From IMG/VR virus record IMGVR_UViG_2585427750_000026: a stretch of 24,440 bases of DNA; one strand, 5' to 3'. The notes under the pieces were generated by a model. The model was not told the DNA's origin, did not search any database, and saw only the letters and a list, made by a program, of their open reading frames with translations. The position numbers were made by a program, and so were the translations under genes. Within the stretch, counting starts at the first letter, position 1. Every line of letters starts with the position of its first letter. The stretch comes from a virus. Taxonomy: Duplodnaviria; Heunggongvirae; Uroviricota; Caudoviricetes. Positions 1-8,141 of the stretch are shown here, in pieces.

Positions 1-981
1 TTATAACGTCACTCCGCCTTTTAGTGGATTCAGAGCGACGGCATTTTGCAGATAGTCAGGCGCAAGGTGCGCATAGGCCATCGTCTGCTGAATGCTCGCA
101 TGTCCCAGAATCTGTTGCAGTGCGATTATATTGCCCCCATTCATCATGAAATGGCTTGCGAATGTATGCCGCAGGATGTGGGTTGCCTGATTGGGTGGTA
201 TATCAGGTTTCACTCTGCGTAAAATCCCGCAAAATTTCTCATAATCAACTTTGAATAATTTGGCGCTGGCCTCCTCTTTAACTTTTTTCTCCAGTTCCTC
301 AGAAATCGGCACGGTTCGCTTTTTACCGTTTTTGGTTTTCAGGAAGGTAACCCTGCAATTTGTAATCTGTGCTGGTTTTAGCGTGGCAACTTCCGTCCAT
401 CTTCCTCCGGTGCTCAGACATAAAAGCGCGACAAGTAAGTCATCACCAGCCAAAACATTTAACAGTTTTTCGATTTCTGCTTTTTCCAGGAACGTCATTT
501 CAGGGTTGGCCTCCGCCAGTGGCGGCAGTCCGTGAATTGGGTGTTGCCCGGAAAATTCATCCAATTGAATTAATTTTGTGAACATGCCGGATAATCGGTA
601 CATGTCACGGTTTATCGTTGCGGCACTGATACCATCACGTAGTCGCATGGAACGATAATCCATCAAAGCCCTTTTGCTCATCCTGCTCACTGGTATATCA
701 CCTATGCCGCTGATGGTTTTGAGTAGATGATTAAACTCTTTTGTTCCATGCTCGTGGTTTTGCCCGTGATATTTCCACCAGATGTCCAGCAACTCACTCA
801 AAGTCCGGCGGTCTGCTCGCTGGCCTCCCCATTCTTTCTGACTGGCATTGGCGATTGTGTATCGCTCAAATGCTAGTGCTTCAGCTTTTCTTTCGAATTT
901 CCTGCGGATGCGTTTTCCGTCGCGACCGCGAGGTCTAATGTCCACTTCATAGCGACCATCATCGAGCTTCTTAATTGCCAT
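1..981 (-). CDS. int: Tyrosine integrase (P2 Int family)
   Basis: Translation resembles P2 Int (MAIKKLDDGRYEVDIRP... N-terminus; C-terminal HxxR...Y catalytic region HTFASHFMMNGG...MAYAH). Start chosen at the ATG at 981 preceded by GGAGGG; the ORF track extends to 1011. Stop codon is at 1..3. Confidence 0.9.
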   Translation of the reverse strand: MAIKKLDDGRYEVDIRPRGRDGKRIRRKFERKAEALAFERYTIANASQKEWGGQRADRRTLSELLDIWWKYHGQNHEHGTKEFNHLLKTISGIGDIPVSRMSKRALMDYRSMRLRDGISAATINRDMYRLSGMFTKLIQLDEFSGQHPIHGLPPLAEANPEMTFLEKAEIEKLLNVLAGDDLLVALLCLSTGGRWTEVATLKPAQITNCRVTFLKTKNGKKRTVPISEELEKKVKEEASAKLFKVDYEKFCGILRRVKPDIPPNQATHILRHTFASHFMMNGGNIIALQQILGHASIQQTMAYAHLAPDYLQNAVALNPLKGGVTL

Positions 982-1050
982 AAGAAAGCCCTCCGGCGCT
1001 GTATTCACCATCTTGGTAGCAAATGGTGAAAATGTAATCTTTATATAGAG

Positions 1051-1344
1051 TTAGCCAATCCTTTTCGCGGAGTGGTTGGACTCTGTTGACTCTGGCCCAA
1101 TGTGCGCGAGAGCCGGTGCGATTTGTCCTGCGTCCGGCGCGGTTTTATCTGTCATAAGCCATAGAGCATATTTTTGGAATGTGGGATGCATAGTGATTTT
1201 TAGCAAAGCTGTGCCACCGGGTTCAAAGTTTCCTCCTTCATATTTTTTAAGTGTGCTTAGCGGTAACTCTATGATTTCACAGAATTTTGATTGGCTTAGC
1301 CCTTCAGCCTCACGCAAGGCCTTAATCTTTTCGCTTAATTTCAT
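1051..1344 (-). CDS. C: Immunity repressor, P2 C-like (HTH)
   Basis: 97 aa protein directly upstream of int on the same strand, as in P2. C-terminal QIAPALAH motif resembles what I recall of P2 C, but the N-terminal half differs, suggesting a different immunity specificity. Confidence 0.7.
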   Translation of the reverse strand: MKLSEKIKALREAEGLSQSKFCEIIELPLSTLKKYEGGNFEPGGTALLKITMHPTFQKYALWLMTDKTAPDAGQIAPALAHIGPESTESNHSAKRIG

Positions 1345-1465
1345 TTGACATGGTGCCTATATAGGGACTAAATTCCCTCAAAACTGGAACCTATATAGGT
1401 TCCATTGATTTGAGAATAAACCAGCATCTAAACGGTTTTGAGTGGTTTAGAAAGGGCTGGATCCT
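1345..1465. promoter_or_regulatory. C/cox switch region with putative early promoter and repressor operators
   Basis: TTGACA at 1345..1350 reading toward cox. Palindromic 10-mer CCTATATAGG occurs twice (1356..1365 and 1390..1399; the second lies within the perfect 16-bp palindrome GAACCTATATAGGTTC at 1388..1403), flanking a candidate -10 (TAAATT 1369..1374). This resembles the P2 arrangement of repressor sites flanking the Pe -10. Confidence 0.45.
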
Positions 1466-1753
1466 ATGAGGGTACCATATATGGACGCTGAAAATTATGT
1501 GATTCAGTATCCGCTTGATGCGGTTCATGTGGATAAATTTGCTGATTTATTAGGGAAGCCAAAGACAGCCGTCAGTGAAATGGTGAAGGCAAATAAATTA
1601 CCAATTATTGAATTGCGTGATCCTTGCAAACCGAAGGCTCGTGCCGGTGAAAAATGGGTTTTCATTCCTGAGTTTAATCGCGCTGTACGTGAGGCGTTTT
1701 ATAACCGACCGGTTGAACAGCGTGATGCATGGCTTTTGTGGATGGGGTTGTGA
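1466..1753 (+). CDS. cox: Cox-like excisionase / early-operon regulator
   Basis: About 90 aa, first gene transcribed divergently from C. Shares the KLPxI..DP...RAGExWV..P.WN...RP.E.RD.WL.WxGL pattern with P2 Cox. Alternative start ATG at 1481 (GAGGG 8 nt upstream) gives 90 aa. Confidence 0.65.
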   Translation: MRVPYMDAENYVIQYPLDAVHVDKFADLLGKPKTAVSEMVKANKLPIIELRDPCKPKARAGEKWVFIPEFNRAVREAFYNRPVEQRDAWLLWMGL

Positions 1754-1755
1754 TT

Positions 1756-1926
1756 ATGAATGAGCCGCGTTGTATTGCTCAGTTATTGCGTAACGAAAGC
1801 CCCAGGGCGATTGACTTCACCATCACCCACGGTAAGGGGCGTAAGGGAATCATTATCCGCACCAAAAAACAGAGTCCGTTAAAAAAGGCTCTGACCTTTC
1901 TGAAAAGCCGGAGGGTATGGAAATGA
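1756..1926 (+). CDS. Small hypothetical protein (position of P2 orf78)
   Basis: 56-aa ORF between cox and B; ATG 3 nt after the cox stop; its stop overlaps the start of the next gene. Confidence 0.35.
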   Translation: MNEPRCIAQLLRNESPRAIDFTITHGKGRKGIIIRTKKQSPLKKALTFLKSRRVWK

Positions 1927-2423
1927 CAGTGATGACGCTCAATCTCGTTGAAAAACAGCCAGCAGCTATGCGCCGGATAATTGGCAAGCATCTTGCCGTC
2001 CCTCGCTGGCAGGATACATGTGATTATTATAATCAGATGATGGAGCGCGAACGGCTAACGGTTTGCTTTCATGCACAGTTAAAACAGCGTCACGCAACGA
2101 TGCGTTTTGAAGAAATGAACGACGTCGAACGTGAACGACTGGTTTGTGCAATTGATGAATTGCGTGGCGCATTCTCAAAACGCCGTCAGGTCGGCGCAAG
2201 TGAGTATGCATATATTAGTTTTTTAACAGTCAGTCAGCGTCGTACTTTATTTATGCATGCGGGATTGACAGAAAAAGAATTCAATCAGCCGTACTGGCGA
2301 ATTAATGAAGAATCATGTTACTGGCGTGATGCTTTATTCCGTGCATTACGTGAATTATTCAGTCTGTTTGAGTATGCACCGACAATTCTGACGTCGGTAA
2401 AACCAGAGCAATATCTGCATTAA
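1923..2423 (+). CDS. B: Replication protein B-like
   Basis: 166 aa from the ATG at 1923 (GGAGGG 7 nt upstream), the same length as P2 B and in the same position after cox. Assignment is by synteny and length, not recognised motifs. Confidence 0.55.
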   Translation: MTVMTLNLVEKQPAAMRRIIGKHLAVPRWQDTCDYYNQMMERERLTVCFHAQLKQRHATMRFEEMNDVERERLVCAIDELRGAFSKRRQVGASEYAYISFLTVSQRRTLFMHAGLTEKEFNQPYWRINEESCYWRDALFRALRELFSLFEYAPTILTSVKPEQYLH

Positions 2424-2486
2424 ATAATTAACCAGAGTTTTTAACGCACTTAATCGTGCGGGGCTTCTTTTTGCCTGGAGAAAGTC

Positions 2487-2711
2487 ATGCATACAGTTTC
2501 TGAAAATCAGTGCGGTAAATACGCATTACTGCTGCAACAGGCCAGAACCGAAGCACAGGCCGACGCTGCGACGCGCTTTTCTTCTCATCTTGACGCCATG
2601 ATTCGCCACATCACAAAGGCGGAGTTATCCCGCGTGGAGATAGTTGAGCTGCTCAGTCAGGAGTCGGAAAAATTTCACAATATCGGATTGTCTCGCGGGG
2701 AGGTGCTTTGA
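2487..2711 (+). CDS. Hypothetical early protein (P2 orf80 position)
   Basis: 74-aa ORF, ATG with GGAG upstream, translationally coupled (TGATG) to the next ORF. Confidence 0.4.
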   Translation: MHTVSENQCGKYALLLQQARTEAQADAATRFSSHLDAMIRHITKAELSRVEIVELLSQESEKFHNIGLSRGEVL

Positions 2712-3013
2712 TGTCCTGTTCTCGTTCGGTTGTATTACTGAATAACGCCTTAAAAATCGCCGTTATGAAAAATGGTGATTTGTCTCTTATTCAACTTGGT
2801 ATTGATAAAGAGAAGCGCGAAATAACTGAATCTGTTATCGCGATTTATCAGAGTGAATTAAACCTCCTGTCTGATGTGGTCAATTTACTTGTTAAACGCG
2901 CTGTATTCCACAAGCAAATTTCCTCAGTGGATGAACTGACAAAATTAACGACAGAACTCGCCAGTTATTGCGCTGATGAATTTAAGAAGCTGAACGACAA
3001 AAGGAGCTGGTAA
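2711..3013 (+). CDS. Hypothetical early protein (P2 orf81 position)
   Basis: 100-aa ORF from ATG 2711; its stop overlaps the start of the next ORF (TAATG). Confidence 0.4.
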   Translation: MSCSRSVVLLNNALKIAVMKNGDLSLIQLGIDKEKREITESVIAIYQSELNLLSDVVNLLVKRAVFHKQISSVDELTKLTTELASYCADEFKKLNDKRSW

Positions 3014-3237
3014 TGCCGGACAACGTGGATTTTATTCAGGAACAACAGGCTGAATTACTGGAGCGCCAGATTAACGCGGCAAGGGTAAAACATTGCGGTG
3101 TTTCTGCGCTGGTTTGCGAAGAGTGTGACGCGCCAATACCTGCTGCCCGTCGTGCGGCTTATCCGTCAGCCACGCGTTGTGTTTCCTGTCAGTCAGTCTT
3201 TGAAGCAAAAAACAAACATTACCGGAGAACGGCATGA
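3013..3237 (+). CDS. TraR/DksA-family C4 zinc-finger protein (P2 orf82 position)
   Basis: 74 aa with CxxC...CxxC (CEECDAPIP...CVSC), typical of phage TraR-like zinc fingers. Confidence 0.55.
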   Translation: MPDNVDFIQEQQAELLERQINAARVKHCGVSALVCEECDAPIPAARRAAYPSATRCVSCQSVFEAKNKHYRRTA

Positions 3238-3509
3238 GTATTCGTATTGAAATTGGCGAACGTTATGTCGTTACCAGTGACAGCTTTCAGTTTATTCTCC
3301 ACGAGAAAAAGAGAGCGGAAAGCGGTAAAAACGCCGGTCAGGAATGGCTGGCGGTGGTTGGTTATTACCCGAAATTAGGCCAGCTCGTTTCCGGCCTGAT
3401 GCATCACGATATTCTGACCGGAAGCGCAAAATCTTTTGCTGATTTAAACGCGCAGGTTGAGCAACTCAGCAAGCGTTGTTCAGAGGCTTTTGGCTCATAT
3501 GGCCGTTAA
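3234..3509 (+). CDS. Hypothetical early protein (P2 orf83 position)
   Basis: 91-aa ORF, ATGA overlap with the upstream ORF; overlaps the start of gene A by 11 nt. Confidence 0.4.
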   Translation: MSIRIEIGERYVVTSDSFQFILHEKKRAESGKNAGQEWLAVVGYYPKLGQLVSGLMHHDILTGSAKSFADLNAQVEQLSKRCSEAFGSYGR

Positions 3510-5784
3510 AGCCTCCGGGCGTTTTGTCCCTCCGTCAGCATTTACCGCAGGCACCGGTAAGGCGTTTACCGGTGCTTATGCATGGAACGCGCCACGCGAG
3601 GCTGTCGGGCGCGAAAGACCTCTTACACGTGACGAGATGCGTCAGGTGCAAGGTGTTTTATCCACGATTAACCGCCTGCCTTACTTTTTGCGCTCGCTGT
3701 TTACTTCACGCTATGACTACATCCGGCGCAATAAAAGCCCGGTGCACGGGTTTTATTTCCTCACATCTACTTTTCAGCGTCGTTTATGGCCGCGCATTGA
3801 GCGTGTGAATCAGCGCCATGAAATGAACACCGACGCGTCGTTGCTGTTTCTGGCAGAGCGTGACCACTATGCGCGCCTGCCGGGAATGAATGACAAGGAG
3901 CTGAAAAAGTTTGCCGCCCGTATCTCATCGCAGCTTTTCATGATGTATGAGGAACTCTGCGATGCATGGGTTGATGCGCATGGTGAAAAAGAATCGCTGT
4001 TTACGGATGAGGCGCAGGCTCACCTGTATGGTCATGTTGCTGGCGCTGCACGTGCTTTCAATATTTCCCCGCTCTACTGGAAAAAATACCGTAAAGGACA
4101 GATGACCACGAGGCAGGCATATTCTGCCATTGCCCGCCTGTTTAACGATGAGTGGTGGACTCATCAGCTTAAAGGCCAGCGTATGCGCTGGCATGAGGCG
4201 TTACTGATAGCTGTCGGGGAGGTCAATAAAGACCGTTCTCCTTATGCCAGTAAACACGCCATTCGTGATGTGCGTGCGCGCCGCCAGGCAAATCTGGAAT
4301 TTCTTAAATCGTGTGACCTTGAAAACAGGGAAACCGGCGAGCGCATCGACCTTATCAGTAAGGTGATGGGCAGTATTTCTAATCCTGAAATTCGCCGGAT
4401 GGAGCTGATGAACACCATTGCCGGTATTGAGCGTTACGCCGCCGCAGAGGGTGATGTGGGGATGTTTATCACGCTGACCGCGCCGTCAAAGTATCACCCG
4501 ACACGTCAGGTCGGAAAAGGCGAAAGTAAAACCGTTCAGCTTAATCACGGCTGGAACGATGAGGCATTTAATCCAAAGGATGCGCAGCGTTATCTCTGCC
4601 GTATCTGGAGCCTGATGCGCACGGCATTCAAGGATAATGATTTACAGGTCTACGGTTTGCGAGTCGTCGAGCCACACCACGACGGAACGCCGCACTGGCA
4701 TATGATGCTTTTTTGTCATCCACGCCAGCGTAACCAGATTATCGAAATCATGCGTCGCTATGCGCTCAAAGAGGATGGCGACGAAAGAGGAGCCGCGCGA
4801 AACCGTTTTCAGGCAAAACACCTTAACCGGGGCGGTGCTGCGGGATATATCGCGAAATACATTTCAAAAAACATCGACGGCTATGCACTGGATGGTCAGC
4901 TCGATAACGACACCGGCAGGCCGCTGAAAGACACTGCAGCGGCTGTTACCGCATGGGCGTCAACGTGGCGCATCCCGCAATTTAAAACGGTTGGCCTGCC
5001 GACAATGGGGGCTTACCGTGAACTACGCAAATTGCCTCGCGGCGTCAGCATTGCTGATGAGTTTGACGAGCGCGTCGAGGCTGCACGCGCCGCCGCAGAC
5101 AGTGGTGATTTTGCGCTGTATATCAGCGCGCAGGGCGGGGCAAATGTCCCGCGCGATTGTCAGACTGTCAGGGTCGCCCGTAGTCTGTCGGATGACGTTA
5201 ACGAGTACGAGGAAGAAGTCGAGAGAGTGGTCGGCATTTACGCGCCGCATCTCGGCGCGCGTCATATTCATATCACCAGAACGACGGACTGGCGCATTGT
5301 GCCGAAAGTTCCAGTCGTTGAGCCTTTGACTTTAAAAAGCGGCATCGCCGCGCCTCGGAGTCCTGTCAATAACTGTGGAAAGCTCACTGGTGGTGATACT
5401 TCGTTACCGGCTCCCACGCCTTCTGAGCACGCCGCAGCCGTGCTTAATCTGGTTGATGACGGTGTTATCGAATGGAATGACCCGGAGGTCGTGAGGGCGC
5501 TCAGGGGCGCATTAAAACACGGCCTGCGAACGCCAAACCGTCAGCAAAGAAACGGAAGCCCGTTAAAACCGCATGAAATTGCGCCATCGGCCAGACTGAC
5601 CCGGTCGGAAAGAATGCAAATTACCCGTATCCGCGTTGACCTTGCTCAGAACGGTATCAGGCCGCAGCGATGGGAGCTTGAGGCGCTGGCGCGTGGCGCG
5701 ATCGTAAATTATGACGGGAAAAAATTCACGTATCCGGTCGCTGATGAGTGGCCGGGATTCTCAACAGTAATGGAGTGGACATAA
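3499..5784 (+). CDS. A: Rolling-circle replication initiation endonuclease gpA
   Basis: 761 aa from the ATG at 3499 (MAVKASGRF...), matching the P2 A N-terminus as I recall it. Contains the HxH-type motif (PHWHMMLF) and candidate catalytic tyrosines (GYIAKYISKN). The ORF-track start at 3457 is an upstream in-frame alternative. Confidence 0.9.
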   Translation: MAVKASGRFVPPSAFTAGTGKAFTGAYAWNAPREAVGRERPLTRDEMRQVQGVLSTINRLPYFLRSLFTSRYDYIRRNKSPVHGFYFLTSTFQRRLWPRIERVNQRHEMNTDASLLFLAERDHYARLPGMNDKELKKFAARISSQLFMMYEELCDAWVDAHGEKESLFTDEAQAHLYGHVAGAARAFNISPLYWKKYRKGQMTTRQAYSAIARLFNDEWWTHQLKGQRMRWHEALLIAVGEVNKDRSPYASKHAIRDVRARRQANLEFLKSCDLENRETGERIDLISKVMGSISNPEIRRMELMNTIAGIERYAAAEGDVGMFITLTAPSKYHPTRQVGKGESKTVQLNHGWNDEAFNPKDAQRYLCRIWSLMRTAFKDNDLQVYGLRVVEPHHDGTPHWHMMLFCHPRQRNQIIEIMRRYALKEDGDERGAARNRFQAKHLNRGGAAGYIAKYISKNIDGYALDGQLDNDTGRPLKDTAAAVTAWASTWRIPQFKTVGLPTMGAYRELRKLPRGVSIADEFDERVEAARAAADSGDFALYISAQGGANVPRDCQTVRVARSLSDDVNEYEEEVERVVGIYAPHLGARHIHITRTTDWRIVPKVPVVEPLTLKSGIAAPRSPVNNCGKLTGGDTSLPAPTPSEHAAAVLNLVDDGVIEWNDPEVVRALRGALKHGLRTPNRQQRNGSPLKPHEIAPSARLTRSERMQITRIRVDLAQNGIRPQRWELEALARGAIVNYDGKKFTYPVADEWPGFSTVMEWT

Positions 5785-6236
5785 TGGCAAAAATTCACGA
5801 GGTAAAGCTGCACGCAAAATATTTCGACCTTGTGCTGGAAGGAAAGAAACGCGCAGAGTTTCGGAAAAATGACCGTAATTATGAGCGCGGGGACACGTTG
5901 ATTTTGCATGAATGGGTGCAGGGTGTGTATACGGGGCGAAAGGTTGAAGCCCGGATAACAGATGTTACTGACCTGTCAGACTGGCTGGAAGATTATGTCT
6001 TGCTAAGTATTGAGCTGCTTAATACAGGTGCATATGAGATTGTGAACTGGAAAGAACTTAGTGAGCGTGGTCTGGTATTCAGAATTAATCATGAAATTAT
6101 GCATCAGCTCGGCCTTGCTGTTATGTATGAACCAGAGACGGGGATGTCTGGCGGGGCAATGGTTGCCACGGATGGAGCATGGAACTATTCAGATGAACAG
6201 ATGGAGCGTGCACAGCAAAACGGGTGGCTTGGATAA
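5784..6236 (+). CDS. ASCH/DUF3850-like protein (extended orf91-like)
   Basis: 150 aa from the ATG at 5784 (TAATG overlap with the A stop). N-terminus EVKLHAKYFDLVLEGKKRAEFRKNDRNYERGDTLILHEW resembles the ASCH-like DUF3850 fold by pattern. Lower GC than the replication genes. Confidence 0.5.
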   Translation: MAKIHEVKLHAKYFDLVLEGKKRAEFRKNDRNYERGDTLILHEWVQGVYTGRKVEARITDVTDLSDWLEDYVLLSIELLNTGAYEIVNWKELSERGLVFRINHEIMHQLGLAVMYEPETGMSGGAMVATDGAWNYSDEQMERAQQNGWLG

Positions 6237-6469
6237 TGCACAGAATGCCAGGCGAGATACCGCACCATAAAACTAAAAATATCAAGCTGATGGCTGTTGT
6301 TCACCGTCTACAGCAGATTATGGTCAACGAAAATCTGACGCCCGATGAGCTGGTCGGGTGTGCCGAAATAGTCCGGGATAATTACAGACGGTTTAACGAT
6401 ATCAGTAGACAGAAAAGTGAGACATTTCGGCCAGCTAACATGCCAAAACCACCACCACGCAGGCCGTAG
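6236..6469 (+). CDS. Hypothetical small protein
   Basis: 77-aa ORF, translationally coupled (TAATG) to the preceding gene; proline/basic-rich C-terminus; no recognisable domain. Confidence 0.35.
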   Translation: MHRMPGEIPHHKTKNIKLMAVVHRLQQIMVNENLTPDELVGCAEIVRDNYRRFNDISRQKSETFRPANMPKPPPRRP

Positions 6470-6702
6470 AGAACCCCGCTATCCATGAAACTTGCTTTCA
6501 GGGAGGCGGGTTGAATAAAAGTAGCTTTGCCGAAAAGTCTAACTATCTTGGTTTTTGCTGGTCCAAAGTTAATAAACAAACCTGCTTGTATGCAGCGGGT
6601 TTCCATATTGCCGTTTCGTATGCATGCCGCACCGTGCAAAGAGTATGAAAAATGTTATGGAAAAACGGGGATTAGTGTTATATTAATGGCTGAAAAGTGG
6701 TC

Positions 6703-6767
6703 TTGACACAGGTTGTTGTGTGTGGTAAGGCTGTATCCCTTTGGCATTCAAAATGTAGGAGGCAACC
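6703..6767 (+). promoter_or_regulatory. Putative promoter and strong RBS for the peptidase gene
   Basis: TTGACA at 6703..6708, AT-rich stretch upstream (TTATATTAAT 6678..6687), and Shine-Dalgarno AGGAGG at 6757..6762, 5 nt before ATG 6768. The -10 element is not clear-cut. Confidence 0.35.
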
Positions 6768-7244
6768 ATGAGCATCGCAGCTAAAAATCTGCTTAATCGC
6801 TATTGGGATCGCCGACTACCTGTCGATCCGTTTAAGCTCGCCGCAGCGTGGGGTGCAAGAGTGGAGCCGCTCAGGGAACCAGCGAATGGGTTAAGTGGTT
6901 CAGCCGTAATAGAAAATGGCATACCTTATATTTATTTTAACTCAAATGAACATTACAACCGCCAACGCTTTACTGTAGCGCATGAGCTCGGTCATCATGT
7001 TTTAGGGCATACTCAAGACGGAGAATATCATCGCGATATTGTAGGCAACTACTCAACTGGCATCCGTGATTATCGTGAAATAGAAGCTAACCAGTTTGCT
7101 GCAGAGCTATTGATGCCGGAAGAGGCCATTCGTCAACTAGTGTCGCGTATAGGCGTTGATAGTACATTACGTTTGGCAAACATATTTAACGTTTCTGAGG
7201 CTGCTATGCACTGGCGTCTTAAAGCGTTGGGTATGGCTTACTAA
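6768..7244 (+). CDS. ImmA/IrrE-family (Peptidase_M78 / COG2856-like) zinc metallopeptidase
   Basis: 158 aa with HEXXH (AHELGHHVLGH) followed by the downstream glutamate motif EANQFAAELLMP typical of ImmA/IrrE peptidases. No fused HTH domain. Strong RBS. Confidence 0.75.
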   Translation: MSIAAKNLLNRYWDRRLPVDPFKLAAAWGARVEPLREPANGLSGSAVIENGIPYIYFNSNEHYNRQRFTVAHELGHHVLGHTQDGEYHRDIVGNYSTGIRDYREIEANQFAAELLMPEEAIRQLVSRIGVDSTLRLANIFNVSEAAMHWRLKALGMAY

Positions 7245-7274
7245 TACCCTCTTTAACTTTTTTCAAACCGGTTT

Positions 7275-7311
7275 AAAATCACCATTATTTTATTAATAAT
7301 GGTGATTTTTT
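7275..7311 (+). promoter_or_regulatory. Perfect 15-bp inverted repeat (hairpin) with T-run immediately upstream of the membrane-protein start
   Basis: AAAATCACCATTATT (7275..7289), loop TTATT, AATAATGGTGATTTT (7295..7309), then TT and ATG at 7312. The right arm contains the only SD-like sequence (GGTGA) for the downstream gene. Confidence 0.5.
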
Positions 7312-7932
7312 ATGGCAGATATCGACCTCTCTGGCCAATCTCCGGCTCAGTCTTCCCAGCCATCCAAAACTTCAACCTTTCCACATCCACCTAGCGATGC
7401 CGATCCAGATATTTTGTTACGTAGAGAAGTGCATGATGGCATGGAAAGGAGGGGAATGCGCTTAGTTTTGTCAGCCACCGTACTTTTTTTTGCCATAATG
7501 TTTTTATGGAAAGGTCTGTATTTCGCTCTCGAAGTCGGAAATGGTTTGCTTGCGGCTAAAAGTAGTATTGTTTCAGCGTTGGCACAAAATGATGAAAAGG
7601 TTGTTTGCGAACCTAAAACTAAATGTATTGAGCCTAAACAGCAGACAATGAAACCTACAGAAAAAACTCCCGGCATGTCAACAAAGGGTGATAGAGTAAT
7701 GCCAAACTTATCTACAGATTGGCTTTCTGCAAGTTCGCTAATTGCCATAGTCGCTTTCATCCTTGGTGTTGGCTTGACGTTAATCCTTACCCTACTTAAG
7801 TCCGCTTTTCATCATCCGACTGATAAAAATCTCAATGAGCAAAAAACAACAGATGCGATTGAGTTGGCGACTCCCTTAAGTGAGTTAATCGCGGGTATTA
7901 TTAATTATCTCAAGAGCAAATTTTCTAAATAA
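7312..7932 (+). CDS. Two-transmembrane-helix membrane protein, unknown function (candidate effector)
   Basis: 206 aa with two hydrophobic helices (LVLSATVLFFAIMFLWKGLYFAL and LIAIVAFILGVGLTLILTLL) separated by a hydrophilic loop of about 70 aa containing two Cys. Lower GC than the phage core. Confidence 0.6.
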   Translation: MADIDLSGQSPAQSSQPSKTSTFPHPPSDADPDILLRREVHDGMERRGMRLVLSATVLFFAIMFLWKGLYFALEVGNGLLAAKSSIVSALAQNDEKVVCEPKTKCIEPKQQTMKPTEKTPGMSTKGDRVMPNLSTDWLSASSLIAIVAFILGVGLTLILTLLKSAFHHPTDKNLNEQKTTDAIELATPLSELIAGIINYLKSKFSK

Positions 7933-8141
7933 CGTCCTCTTGGTTATTTTTTAAATCAGCACCATTAGTGCCGGTTTTTTTATGCTGTTTTACTGTAATT
8001 TCCCTGTTTTTAAGCCGTGCATGCAGCAGGTGCATGGTTTTGCATGCGCAGGAAGTGTCCGTTCTGGCCGAGCACCGGCAGAACGGACGCGGATCCAGAA
8101 CGGTCATGCAACTGCATTCAAACCACCCCATGAAGCGGGCG

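Noticed and set aside
1-30. Possible attL or host junction at the window start
   Set aside because: The window begins at the int stop codon, so the attachment core and host flank lie outside the window and cannot be assessed.
3457-3498. Upstream extension of gene A to 3457 (also int to 1011, P to 11166, O to 11244, L to 14079, X to 14579, V to 18429)
   Set aside because: The extended starts lack RBSs or overlap upstream genes extensively. Internal ATGs give proteins matching P2 lengths and N-termini and have better SD spacing.
6382-6639. 85-aa minus-strand ORF in the leader upstream of the peptidase gene
   Set aside because: It overlaps the 3-prime end of the 77-aa plus-strand ORF and the intergenic leader, with no RBS or recognisable features. 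It is more likely non-coding regulatory sequence.
7959-7981. Possible weak terminator after the membrane-protein gene (GCAC-CATTA-GTGC followed by a T7 run)
   Set aside because: The stem is only 4 bp, so this is not convincing as an intrinsic terminator; the T-run alone is insufficient.
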